The translations under genes were made by a program, and so were the position numbers. A DNA stretch of 64,000 bases from Eledone cirrhosa (Eukaryota), in assembly GCA_964016885.1 (NCBI GenBank), contig OZ024745.1, positions 121,458,001 through 121,522,000 on the forward strand, written 5' to 3'. The notes under the pieces were generated by a model. The model had not been told where the DNA came from and made no database searches. It saw only the letters and a program-made list of their open reading frames with translations. This document shows, piece by piece, positions 40,001 to 52,440 of this stretch (the first letter of the stretch is position 1; every line of letters begins with the position of its first letter).

Positions 40001-43000
40001 CTCTTGGTCGGCTGCAGGAACGTAAGCAAGATGCAAGTCAAGAAAATAAAGTACCAGTCAAATACTGGGGTCAATGAAACCAACTTTCCCTTCCCTCCAA
40101 GATGCTGAAATTAGAAACTACTATCATTGATTAGCAGAATCATCAGCGCATTGGACAAAATGCTTTGCAGCATTTAGTCACAGCCCTTTATGTTCTGAGT
40201 TCAAATCTCACAGAGGTCAACTTTGCTTTTCATCATTCTGGGGTCGATGTAATCAACTTCCCCTCCCCTCAAATTGCTGGCCTTGTGCCAAAAAGTAGAA
40301 AGAATTATTATTATTATTATGATCATCATCATCATCACCCTTGTTGTTGTTGTTGTTGTTGTTTTTATTATTATTATTGGAGCATAAGCCACACAGCATC
40401 GGCTCCAGTTTCTTTCAAAGTATTTTAACCTTTTTTACCTTCTCTAGACTTTCATTTAACCTTTAGCACACTAGTAATTTTTATGAGTTGTTTCCCTTAA
40501 TACATAATGCAGTTGTTGACACTGCATTATGTATTAAGAGGAGATTACTCTATGGTGCATTATGTCGCCAACAGTGTGTTAAAGGTTAAGTTTTAAACTT
40601 AATAAAAGTTTAGATAAGTCTGCCTGCTTTCTGCAGTAGAATATTTTGTGTTGAAGGGGACCCTCTGCAGGGGCTGTCAAATTTGATTCTCTCCTCTAGA
40701 TATTTTATTTGATTGTATAAAACAATCATGACGGTGTCACAACATGTCTCTGAAACTGAGAGAGAGAGGCAGAGAGCAATATGCAGGCAGCCAACATGGA
40801 AAATAAACAAGAGGTTTTAAAATGCCCTACAAAAGGTTGTGTATCAATATGGTGCGTGCCCTTGTGACTCCCAAGTAGTTACCATTGTATAATATACTTG
40901 TCCCTATCATTGACCCTTTTCTGGGTATTGTTTCTACATACAGACAGAATACTGTCTATCCAAGAAATGACCCCAGTGAATATATTCTCTATCCAAGAAC
41001 TGACCCCAATGTATATATTGTCTACCCAAGAACTGACTCCAGTGAATATATTCTCTATCCAAGAACTGACCCCAATGTATATATTGTCTACCCAAGAACT
41101 AACCCCAGTGAATATATTGTACTGTTGTAGGTAAAAAGAAATATTTCCTTGGTGATGAACCTAGTGAGGTGGACTGTGCTATGTTTTCTATACTTACTAT
41201 GATAAAATGGAACATGACTAAGACACCACATGAAAATCTCATGAAAAGTAAGTGATATTACAATCCCTATTGCTGTTGTTGTTGATGCTGTTCTTTATAT
41301 TGATGATGATGTTGTTGTGTTATTATCATTCTCAATAATTTTCCTGCTCAAAGAATCAGTGTAATCCCATCTTTTTCAAAGCATCTGGATAGGAGCAAGT
41401 GACAAAGAAGAAATTTTATTTTGTAATAAATCTAAGCATGTGAAACTCTACAGTGTTCTTAATGAGTTATATGGCAGAATTATAAGTGCAAAGCTGTCAA
41501 CATTGATATCCACTTGTTGAAAGAAACTGCTACCTTTGGCTTTACAGCCTGTAACCTTGATATGGATGTGTATACTTTTCGTTTGTTCACACATTACACT
41601 ATAGTTAGTTAGAGAGAGGGGGAGGTGAAGTGAGTGTGAGGTGGAGTAGTATTCCCCCCACCCCTCTGTATAAAGAGCATGATGGATGTATGGACAGACA
41701 GACAATGCTCTTATTATAGTACAGATTAGGGCAATGGATTGGCAGTATTGGTAGAGTGCTGGACATGCTTTGCAATACATAGTTATGTTCTGAGTTCAAA
41801 TCCTACCAAGGTCAGCTTTGCCTTTCATCCTTGCATGGTCAATAAAATAAAGTACCAGTAATTTAATCGACTTTCCCCTCACCCAAAATTATTGGCCTTG
41901 AGCCTAAATCAGAAACAATTATCTATATATAATTCATGGGAAATGGATTGGCAGAATTCCTAGAATGTTAGCGTTTGTTCCTGCTTTTTTAAGTTGTGAG
42001 TTCAAACCCTGCCAAGGTCAGCTTTGAGGTTTTATTCGGGCTATATGTAAACTGTTACAAAGGCAATCAATTTGGCAGAGTCATTAGAGTGATATTTTTC
42101 CTAGGTCTCTGACTTCTGATTATCAAATCCTACCGAGGTCAACTTTGCTTTTTATCCTTTACAGATTGATAAATAAAGTACCAGTCCGGTGTTGGGGTAA
42201 CCCTCTCTCCTTCCCGCTGTCATATTTTGGATGTTCTGCTGGATTTAAGGGCTGAGAGCTACCTCATGACTGTTTGGGCCCCTAAAATTCTTAGCAAAAG
42301 TATGGTGTATATTACTTTAGTAGAAATTTTGGTGGTGATGCTGGTTGCCCTTATAGTGGTTGGTTGATGTGTTTGTTGTTGAATTATCAATTATTAACCC
42401 TTTAGCATTTAAACCAGCTGTATCCTGCCAGAATTCTCTCACCTCTTTCTGCTCAAACCAGCGATAACTGGCTGCTCATACTTATGTTAAGGTATTGTTC
42501 TCAAAATAAATAATATCAAAGCTTGTAGATTTGATATTATTAGTAATAATTATGAGATAAAGTGTTTACCGTGAAAATACAATAGTAAATATAGAATAAT
42601 GTAAATGCTAAAGGGTTAAAGTTGGTTGTTGAGTTGTAGTATGTTGTAGTTAGTTGTATGAGTTGATAGGTGTTGTTGAAATAAACTGAGATAGATAAAC
42701 GAGGAAAACAAAACTGCTAATTTTGATATTTTTATTTGTGGCATGGTGTATGACAATACCATGTAGCTAAAATACAACACAACCAGGATATGTAAAAGGT
42801 TTGATATAACAGAGAGTGTTTTGTCAACAGGCTATTAGATGTAGTGTTCACAGATAAAAGAATTTTGTTGTTATATGTGAGTGGATGTGGAAATGTTGGT
42901 TGAGATGAGATATTGCCATATGCGTGACAGATGTACTGGCTCAACTGCTTTAAAGATCTGTGACTGCTGCAGCTTGGCATTGACTGTGTACCAGAGATCT

Positions 43001-45561
43001 GGAGAGTAAGAAGAGAGTGAAGCCAGCTTAATTTGACATAACCCTTTAGATTACTCTATATTTACTTTATATTTATTTAAAAGCTTTATCTCACATACTT
43101 ATCTCACATAATGTCGAAGCTATGAGATTTTTATGTTATTTATTTTGAAAACAATATTTTTATGTCAGTATGAGTGACCGGTTACAACCAGTTTGAACAG
43201 AAAGAGGTGAGAGAATTCTGGCCATATATGGCCAGTTTAAATACTAAAGGGCTAAAGACCTGTGACTGCTACAGCTTGGCATTGACTGTGTACCAGAGAC
43301 CTGGAGAGTGAGAAGATAGTGGAGTCAGCTTAATTTGACTTAAATACCACTGAGCTTTCACAACAGCTATTTTTGGTTGTGATATTATAGCTATTTTGCT
43401 TGCCTGTATTTCATATCCACATATTTACCCATGATAATTTCACTATACTACCAAGTCATACTTGATTGCAAGTGGTGGCTGTTGTTCATAGGTTGGTCTG
43501 AAAAGTTCATAGGCTGACTATGAAAAGGAGTGATGCTAGAGATGTGAAATCGTGCATGCATTAATTTCAACTCTTCTTATTAATGTTTCTTTCCAGGTAA
43601 ACTGACATCTGACTATTCAAAAGTAACTAGTAGCAACTTCTCTTGAAAATGGACAAAATTTGGCATTGTGGTGTTATGAAATACCTGCAAAGAAATGGTT
43701 TAGCTTTCAAGGTTATTCATGCTGACATGGTTGCTACATTAGTGGATGACATTCCAGCTTTATCAACAGTGCAAATGGGGTCAGCTGAATTTAGGAGGGG
43801 AAAGGAGAGTCTTGAAGATGACTCAATGTCTAGATGTCCTGTAACTGCCACCACTGAGGAAAACATTGATAGTGTTCACCATATGGTGAGGGAAGACAAG
43901 CAATTGACTATAAATCAAATAACCAATGCTATTAGCATATCCCATGAGAGAGTTGAGAATATTCTGCACAATGAACTTGGCATGACGAAGATTTCTGCTC
44001 GGTGGGTGCCATATCTTGACATTGTTTGAGGCAGATCCAGCTGGTTTCCTTGAATGTTTCCTAACCCAGGATAAGTGTTGGGTTCATCACTTTGAGCCAG
44101 AGACAAAAAGAGAATCGACACAGTGGAAACACCCCTCCTCCCCTACTCCAAAGAAGGTCAAGGTCGTTTCATATGCAGGGAAGGTGATAGCCTCAGTTTT
44201 GGGGGATGCAAAAAGCATTGTTTTCAAAAAGGCCACACCAACAATGGAGAGTACTATGCCAGCTTGCTGAGACAGTTAAGAAAGGCTATCAAGACCAAAC
44301 ACCCAGGAAAACTGACAAAAGGGGTATTGTTTCACCAGAATAATGCTCCAGCACATGAATCCATAGTTTCAATTGCCATGACTGGCTTTGAACTGGTTGA
44401 TCACCCTCCCTATTTTTCTGATTTGATCCCATCTGACTAACATCTGTTCCCCAACATAAAACCACTTGGCTGGGAACCAGTATCACAGTGATGATGTTGT
44501 CATATCTACTGTTGATGACATTTTTTGACCAACAGAATGAAAGCTTCTTCTTCATCATCATCATCATCATCGTTTAACGTCCATCTTCCACACTAGCAAT
44601 GGGATCCAATCACTGCAACACCGAAGGAAGAAGTGTGTGGGCTGCAAGGGAAACTATGTTGAAAAATAAACCTCATTTCGTCACATTCCATGAGAGTATC
44701 TTGTTCAGCCTATGAACTTTTCAACCAACCATCGTATATTATAATATAATGTATATTATAATATATTATTAATCTACAAATTGGCATTGGTGGCAGTATA
44801 GGTAGAGAGTCGGACGCCATGCTTTCCAGCATAGTTATGTCCCTTTAGGATCTGAGTTCAAATCCCGCCGAGGTTAACTTTGCCTTTCATCCTTACGGGG
44901 TCGATAAAATAAAGTACCAGTAATGTGTTGCTGGCCTTGTGCCAAATATAGAAACAATTATTAATCTACAAATTTTGGTCATTTGTCAACAAATTGGAAG
45001 AGTCATTAGAGAGTTAGATTAAATGCCTCTCTAATTGTTCTGGCTGTCTGCATTCTGAGATCAAATCTTGCCATGGTCTTGCCCTTCGTCCTTATGGCAT
45101 TGATTTAAAAAAACACCAAACTGGGTGTGAAGGATTGGCAGAATTATTAAAGAATTGAATAGGATGCTTTTCAGTATTTGATTTAGCTGTATATATTCTG
45201 AGTTCAAATTTTATCTACTTTTTCCAGGAGTTGCAACTGATATCATCATTATCATCATCGTCGTTTTTTCATCCGTTTTTCCATGCTTGCATGGGTCAAA
45301 CAGTGTCACTAATAGAAAGACTAGAAGAAACATAGTTTCCTCCATTCAGTCTGATGGTTGACTCCTTCTCTTTTATTGTTCCTATTTATCTAATATTTTC
45401 TTTAATTTCTTCTATGTTTTATTTCAGAATTGAGCAACCTGGGAGCCTACTGTCAACGTATGAAGGAGCGCTATTGGCCCGACTGGGAAGAGTGTTCTCG
45501 CACAAGTAAAAAATTTAAAGATGATAGCTATGTTTTGAGGAACCCCCAAAAAACAAAATAA
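26982..45561 (+). CDS. FAXC: Failed axon connections homolog (metaxin-like GST-fold protein), 289 aa; join(26982..27055,33638..33779,36011..36207,39386..39591,41131..41247,45428..45561)
   Basis: 870 nt in-frame splice. N-terminal hydrophobic anchor [24 protein letters not shown], then [34 protein letters not shown]...[75 protein letters not shown]. These are diagnostic FAX-family motifs. It may be one of several paralogs. Confidence 0.93.
27806..28032. mobile_element. piggyBac-like ~220 bp MITE (abundant family)
   Basis: TTAA-CCCTTTASCATTTA ... TAAATGCTAAAGGG-TTAA; copies at 23594-23898, 29755-29973, 38737-38947, 42394-42619, 43038-43255, 57324-57539, 58493-58692 plus 61454-61481, 63488-63705. 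Confidence 0.88.
30085..30740. repeat. 48 bp minisatellite built from GATCAATA submotifs
   Basis: ATAAATCAATATGATAGACAATACAACAGATCAATAATAGATCAAAAG repeated, degenerate at the edges. Confidence 0.9.
30915..31295. mobile_element. MITE with ~40 bp TIRs and a GC-rich interior
   Basis: TATATACAGTTTATTATTTATGGAATATATCATATAAATA / TATTTACATGATATATTCCATAAATAATAAATTGTATATA. Confidence 0.75.
32745..33262 (-). mobile_element. R4/Dong-clade RLE fragment
   Basis: Minus strand encodes [24 protein letters not shown] and [10 protein letters not shown]-like motifs. Confidence 0.75.
33638..33779 (+). CDS. FAXC: FAXC coding exon 2
   Basis: ttcacag|g...atg|gtctgt; [19 protein letters not shown]. Confidence 0.93.
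34318..35945. repeat. 28 bp minisatellite, more than 50 copies
   Basis: Unit TATCATATCTCACTATATCCTTCCTC(A/T)G. Confidence 0.97.
36011..36207 (+). CDS. FAXC: FAXC coding exon 3
   Basis: cttcacag|aat...tg|gtttgt; [16 protein letters not shown]. Confidence 0.93.
36226..36688. repeat. (RTC/GTT)n compound trinucleotide repeat
   Basis: Mixed GTC/ATC/GTT run beginning about 18 nt after the FAXC exon 3 donor. Confidence 0.95.
39386..39591 (+). CDS. FAXC: FAXC coding exon 4
   Basis: tatcag|g...ttag|gtaagt; [16 protein letters not shown]. Confidence 0.93.
40945..41122. repeat. 33 bp tandem repeat with alternating A/B variants (66 bp higher order)
   Basis: AGTGAATATATTCTCTATCCAAGAACTGACCCC / AATGTATATATTGTCTACCCAAGAACTGACTCC. 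Confidence 0.9.
41131..41247 (+). CDS. FAXC: FAXC coding exon 5
   Basis: ttgtag|gt...aaaa|gtaagt; [15 protein letters not shown]. Confidence 0.93.
43489..44736 (+). mobile_element. Decayed near full-length mariner transposon (pseudogenised DD34D transposase)
   Basis: TIRs GGTTGGT(C)TGAAAAGTTCATAGGCTGA / TCAGCCTATGAACTTTTCAACCAACC...TA; [48 protein letters not shown]; frameshifts and stops. Confidence 0.93.
45428..45561 (+). CDS. FAXC: FAXC terminal coding exon
   Basis: atttcag|aa; [17 protein letters not shown]...QKTK then TAA. Confidence 0.93.
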
Positions 45562-46086
45562 GAACAAAATAAATATTTTTTTTCTTTCATATATTAAAAG
45601 AATGATTTTTTTTTATTGAGCACCATATCATTTTTATATGTTGGGTTTGTTTGGCAGAAAAAATTGATATCTAATATTGTTATCCTTGTAAAGATGAATA
45701 ACAATGTTGACAATGGTCAGATTTGAACACAGTGAGGATATAAAAGATAGAAAGAGGCTGTGTAGCCGGTAAGAGTGTCAGATACCATCAGTTGTGGTCC
45801 AAATTTAGACAATTGTTAAGACAATTTGAAATCTTTTCCACCATCAATTGCTAAAAAACAAGTTAAAATCATTTTGTCGTCCATTCGTAATGTACGTTAC
45901 ATTTTAGTTCCATACACACATATCTACACATACATACATAAACAGATACATACAACTGAAGGGAGGGTGAAACACTATAGTGATGTGTGTTGCGTCCCTT
46001 TAGGGTTTACTGGCTATATAGCCTGTTCGTAAAAGATACAGTTTCTTAATATACTGAACCAGTTACAACATAAAACATCTTATTCT

Positions 46087-46520
46087 TTACCCACTTATTC
46101 CTGAGAGGGCCGTGGAGGCAAAGTCCTCAAACAACCCCTTCCAGCAGGTCCTGTCAGAAGCAACTGTTTCCAATTGATCCAGCTGGATCTCTAAGCAAGA
46201 CCAGTCGAGGTAATGGATGTTATTCAACCATCTTGTCCAGTATCTACCCTTGGTTCTCCTGTCATTTAGTTTTGCCTGCAAAATCTGTCCAGTAATTCTT
46301 TCCTGGGTCATTCTAACCACAAGCCCATAATAGCAATGCTGTGATCTGTCAATTTGGAGAAGTAGTGGATCTACCTGGAGTGACTCTCTGATAGAGTTAT
46401 TACTTCTCCAAATTGAGAGATCACAGCTCCAAGATTATGGGCATGGGGTTAGAATGTCTCAGGAAAGAATCACTGGAAAGATTTTATCAGCAAATTCAAC
46501 TGGCAGGAGACCCAATGTTA
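46087..46520. mobile_element. Head-to-head pair of 3' fragments of a second RTE family
   Basis: 46250-46365 and 46400-46495 are diverged reverse complements; same family as 61680-62370 and 63750-64000. Confidence 0.7.
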
Positions 46521-46555
46521 AATGTCCATAGTGTAGAACTTTGCTCTATAATATA

Positions 46556-47182
46556 CTAGCAGTTGTACCTGGCGTTGCACGGGATAAGGTATTTTGGAAC
46601 GCGGTCCGCCAACAGACCTAATCGTGGAAAAACTGCATGCCTGGACAATATGTAAAGAAAATAAACCAAATACTCTGATGGCTGGATAATCTTTAAGATT
46701 TTCCTCGATGAAGCAGGAAAAATTCAGGTTTTCACCTAATGCAGGCCCTAGGGGATCAAGAAAATGAATTTATTTTATGTGCATAATATGCCTTGAAATT
46801 TCGGGACAAAAAAGCCCTAAAAAGCTGAAAAAATGAAGTTTTTCACCTAATGCGGGCTCTGGATCGTAAAAAAGTTGGATTTTCTTTGCTCATGGTATGA
46901 AGAAGAGACTGACTAATACATAGTTACAATTTCAAGGAAATCGGTCTGACGTAACGCCTCAAAAAACCCCTAAAAAGCTGAAAAAAACGCAGTTTTTCAC
47001 CTAATGCGGGCCCTAGGAGATAAAAAAAATTGAATTGTATGTGCATAACACTCCCTGAAACATAAGTAATACACATGCAAAGTTTGAAAAAAATCGGTTG
47101 GGTACTTCTCGAGTTTTAGGGATTCAAACTCACAGACACACACATACACACAGACAGACATCCTCAGTTTTATATATATAGA
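46556..47182 (-). mobile_element. Non-autonomous Helitron
   Basis: Minus strand A|TCTATATATATAAAA ... CCGTGCAACGCCAGG hairpin, then TACAACTGCTAG|T; no TSD; three internal subrepeats containing TTTTCACCTAATGCRGGC. Confidence 0.85.
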
Positions 47183-47255
47183 TATTAATAAGTCTAACAG
47201 TTTCCTTAAAAACTTTGCTGTTAAACATTTTTTTTTATTATCATTTACATCATAT

Positions 47256-47793
47256 ACAGTTGTCCCCAGGTATTTGCAAGGATTATGTTCCTAGAGCACC
47301 CAAAAAGAGTGAAAAACCGCGAATATTGGACGTGGTCCATAAAAATGCCTATAAACATCAAAATAAAACGTAAAATATAATAAAAAAAGGGAGCGACTTA
47401 GGCGAAAAGGCATCCAATAGGCCAGCAAATATGGTATCATCATCATTTTACGTCCACTTTTCCCTGCTTGCAAGGGTGGGATGGGTCCTATTCAGCATCT
47501 CTCCATTTGTCACGGTCCTTCGTCATCTCCTCCATGAGCTTCAGCGATCTGAGATCAGCTCTCACCACCTCTGCCCATGTCTTTCGTGGTCTTCCTCTAC
47601 TATGTCTTCCCTATATTGTTATTAATAATTTAGCGTTTAAAAAATATATATATTGCCACGAAAAAAGCCAAAAAATTGCATAAAATATTTACGATTCTGC
47701 AAATATGCGGTGGTTTCCACAAGCAATTATGAGTTAGATTCTATGGAAAATTCCATGAATAACCGGGAACGCGAATGCTAGGATTACACTGTA
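47256..47793. mobile_element. Tigger-like MITE with a nested RTE 3' fragment (~47436-47612)
   Basis: TA-CAGTTGTCCCC...GGATTACACTG-TA ends; nested (CAT)n-tailed RTE piece. Confidence 0.6.
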
Positions 47794-48923
47794 TATATAT
47801 ATATAGTTGATGAATTAAACATAACAAACACAAGGATACAAAATTACAAAATCATATTAGGTTCAAGCTTGGAGGAAGTTGTACGTTTCGGATGGAAGTT
47901 CTTCATCGGGAAAGTTAGATAAGGAGAGAAAAGGTAGGTACATGAAAGTAGTGTGTGAAAGTTAGGAAAAGGGTGTTGGAAGGAGATTGATAGGTGAGAG
48001 GTCTGGCATTTGGTGGTGGGGTCGAAGTGGAGGGTCCAGGTGTGTCGTGGGCGTGGTTGTGTGTGTGTGCTGAAGGAATGAAGTTGGTAGGTGTGCATTG
48101 CTTCAGTCTGTGTGTGTGAACATGTGGGTGTCTCAGAGTCTTATATTGTTTGTGTGTGCACACTGGTGTGTATGTGTGTGTGTGTATGTCATGACTTTGT
48201 GTATTTATGTTCCCCTGTTTGCATTGTGGCTATGTGTATTGTCAGTAGTGGAAAAATTGTGTGCGCATGTATGTAAGAATGAATGCGTGTGTGTGTGTGT
48301 CTGTGTGTCTGTCTGTCGGAATATTCACGTGTAATCTGGTCGGTCCAAAGAGATGTTGTATGATGTCCAGAGGGCTTGTGGTCAGAGCAAAAGTGGGGGA
48401 GGGGGAGTGAAAGGTGGTGGCGCATGCAGAATGGAAGTGATTTGGGGGGGGAGCTGTGGTGGTAGCGTGTATTCGTGTGTGTGTCTGTGTGTGTAGTAGG
48501 TACAAAGGTGGTAGTAGAGGTTGTTGGGAGTGCTAGGTATGTCTGTGTTGGTGGAACAAAGGTAGATGGTCGATAAGGTGGAGGTAGATAGGGGTTAGTG
48601 GTAATACATATATATCATCATCCTCATCATCATCATCATCATCGTTTTACCTCCATTTTTCCATGCTGGCATGGGTTAGACAAGTTGTCCTGTTGTGGGC
48701 AATGTTAATTCAGGTGACCATGTCTTGCTCATATAGAACTGATTTGGGGTTGTTTTCTACAGCTGGATGCCCTTCCTAATGCCAACCTCATTTACAGTGT
48801 GTACTGGGTGCTTTTTGTTGTGACACCTACACAACCACTTTACAGTGTTTCGGCCTGTCCTCATATGTATGTGTGTGTGTGTGTGTGTGTGTGCATATCT
48901 GTGTGTGAGTGTGTGTGTGTGTG

Positions 48924-50430
48924 TCACTGGAAATGTTACTATGAGAGACTGATGAATGTAGAAAATAAATGGGAGGAAGAGAAACTACTCCCAACCCAGC
49001 CAACAGAAGTACCAGTCATTAAAGTTATCTGTTATAGGGTTAAAAAAAAGCAATCAAAGAGATGAAAGATGGTAAAGCTTTGGGACCATCAGAAATAGTA
49101 ACCTGTATAGTAAATCAAATAATACATGACGGAGTCATATCCAATGTCAGATGCAGCAGTAAATCATTAATTGTTACAAGGGAGCAACTATAGAGGAATA
49201 AAATTAAAAGGCCAAGTTATGAAAGAGACAGAAAGAGTTATAGTGCAACTAATTAGGGAAAGAGTCAAAATAGATGAGGTGTAGTTTGGTTTCATGCTTG
49301 GGAAAAGTACTACAGATGCCCTCTCCCTGAGACAACTACAAGAGAAGTCCTTAGTCAAAAATAATCCACAATATTTAGCTTATTTTGATCTAGAGAAGGC
49401 TTTGACAGAGTACCTCAATCTATTATCTGGTGGTCCTTAAGGAAATTAGGTGTAAAAGAATGGCTTGTGAGTGCAAGTCATGTACAGAGGATTTTGCCAG
49501 CAAAGTGAGAGTAGAAAATGAGTTTTGTGAGGGATTCAAGATACAAGTAGGGGTTCATCAGGGTTCAGTTCTTAGTCCACTACTATTCATTATAGTTCTC
49601 CAGGCTATAACAGAGCAGTTTATGACTGGCTGTCTATGGGAACTTCTCTGTGCAGATGATCTGATATGTATAGTCAAACCCATTAAAGTACTATGGAAAC
49701 AGAATTTGGAATCAAAAGGTCTGAGAGTAAACTTAACCAAAACAAAAGTGCTAGTGAGTAGGAGAGAAGATAGGACTCTGACTCCTTCAGGGGAGTGGAC
49801 CTGCTCAATATGTAGTAAGGGAGTAGGCATAAACTCCATATGATTTAAATCTTGGGTATACAAGAGATATAGTGAGATAACGAGTATACTAGCAGAAAGA
49901 GAAGACTTTGTATGTAGAAGATGCACAGGGGTAATCCAAGAGAAAAAGTGCTAATGATGTAAACATTTTCCAGTCACAGGAAGGATCCATAGACGTGGTT
50001 GATAGCTTCTCTTATCTAGGTGATCTAATTAGCAGAGGAGGTAGGTGAGCCAAGAGTATAACAGCTAGAATAAAGATAGGATGGAAGAATTTTAGAGAAC
50101 TACTCCCACTGCTTACAACAAAATGTTTCTCTCTAGGTACAAAAGGAAGTCTGCATGACACCTGTGTGTGATGTGCCATGCCGCATGGTAGAGAAACAAG
50201 GGTTGTGACTGCAGAAGACATGCATAGACTGCACATCCTTGTTTCATTGGATGTACAATGTAAATTTGAGAGAAAGGCAGAGCTTGGTTGAGCTGAGGGA
50301 GAAGCTGGGTTTAAGGGGAATCCGAGACAGTGTGCAGGAGAGAACACTGTGTTAGTAGGGACATGTGATGCACATGGATAATGGCCAATGGGTGAAAAAT
50401 GCCAGGAAATCCCAGTGAAAGGAAATGTAG
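48924..50430 (+). mobile_element. Degenerate RTE LINE (RT region)
   Basis: DLEKAxDRVP, [32 protein letters not shown]; many stops. Confidence 0.9.
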
Positions 50431-52059
50431 CAGAAAAACTGAATATTATGTTGTTTAGGGGTCAGTATATGTGGAGAGATTTTGCTACAAGGTAATGATG
50501 TTAAACTAGGTGACTCACCTCACAGTGAGATCCTAGACAAAGATGACCCTGCTGCTCCCCTGCCCCCACCTTACACACACAACAAAATTTGAGCTTAAAA
50601 TCTTGCATGCAAATAAAAACAGCAAAGTACTTAGTACAGTGTTCTACTACTGAGGAGTGAAGAAGTTTACTTCCCAATCATGAAATTCTGGGTTTGATCC
50701 CATTGTGTAGCATAACTGTGGTTGACCCAAGCCTTGTGAGGGAAATTAGGTAGACAGAAAATGTGTAGAAGTCCCATTATGTTCACTCTTCCAGGGGATT
50801 ACATTAAGGGTATACTCAGCCACTTACATTATTTTAATGAGCAGGCAGTTCATTTGATCGAACAACTGATGTACTCGTCATCAAAACTGACAGACACTTA
50901 TTTATTTAATCTTTAGCATGCTAGTAATTTTTATGAGTTGTTTCCCTTGATACTGCATTATGTATTGGGGGGAGATTACTCTATGGTGCATTATGTTGCC
51001 AACAGCATGTTAAAGATTAATGTTTTCTTACAGTAACACAAGACTAGATTTAACCCTTTCATGACTATTTTTAAGGCAAAACCAAAATTTCTCTAATATC
51101 CCTTACTAAATAATAAGACTATATAGCCCGTCCTTGTTTAGCCTAATAAATGCTACCAGTGCTCAATAGGCAAATTCCTCATTCTTTTGTGGAGGATGAG
51201 GTGGGTTAATGTCAGCAGTGTGCAGTTTAGTGTGTTTGGGATGGGGGAAAAAAAACATTAACTAAGAATAAAAGATTGGAATGATCTTATTAAACTCTTT
51301 TGTGACTGTATTTCTAATGAAATACACTGTTTCAATTAATTAATGAAGAATTTTGAGGGATTTATTTCATTACTAAACCAATAACTTAACTGATTTTTAT
51401 ATAAATTATGTTGGGATATTTTAATTTAAATAGAATACCTTTAACGCTTTTGTGACTCTACCCTCACGACCTTCTCATGAATAAATGGGCAAGGAAGAAT
51501 TTTGAGGAATTCATTACTAAGATCTCAACATATGGTTCTATAAGAAAATTATGTGGAAATATTTTAATCTGAAAGAAACACTTTGGGTCGTTTTATTTCG
51601 TAGAATTAGAGGCAAGTTATGGTGGGGTGGGCTTAAAATTAATTTTTAATCTTAAGGGTTGTTATTTGATATATTTTGAAGATGAAATTTGTTTCCCTTT
51701 TTAAATCTTGTTTTTAAACAAATATGGATTTCAAAACCATCGTAAATTACTGATTCTCCTACCCAAGACCTTCATTAAAATCCGTCATAGATATAGGTAC
51801 AATAATAATTTACCGTATTTTCTAAATAATATACATTTTGCAACTTTCGCGTTTTTACTTCTACCCTTCCGCTACAAAGTGTTTCATGTTGTATTAATTA
51901 TAATTTATTAATATATATGTAATTAATCCATTCTTTTAATATATAATTAATATTTTTATAAAGTATAGAATATTTTGCAACATATTTTACTCATCACAAA
52001 ACTATTACCAGTTACGAATCTAATAATATTCGACTAAATACATTTTTACTAACAATTGG

Positions 52060-52132
52060 TTGAGATGCGATAATTTCCGAAAACAACCGGAATTTACCGA
52101 TCGACTCCTTTGTCGATTGTCGCAAAAACGCC
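52060..52132 (+). promoter_or_regulatory. Probable promoter / 5' UTR of the zinc-finger gene
   Basis: Local CpG-rich patch in very AT-rich DNA, with an ETS-like accggaat, just before the ATG. Confidence 0.4.
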
Positions 52133-52190
52133 ATGACTGAAAGTTGCGACAAACCTCGGATTTCCTGTACGGCACCTTTACCATCTAGTC
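52133..52190 (+). CDS. Zinc-finger gene, probable first coding exon
   Basis: acgccATG in a CpG-enriched patch, donor c|gtaagt, phase 1 fits the 56946 exon. Confidence 0.6.
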
Positions 52191-52403
52191 GTAAGTCCTG
52201 CTAGTATATTATCTCTTAAATTGTTCGTGTATCTTTTAAATATTCTCATGGTATATACTCTTCTACCGTAAAAATAAATAAGAAAATTAAACCTTATAAT
52301 TTTTTTTAGTGGGAAAAGCTCTCTGGCAATCATTTCTATATTTATCCTTATAATGAAATTGATTCATTTTCATATACATAGATACACATCTCTATATATA
52401 TAT

Positions 52404-52440
<37 letters not shown>

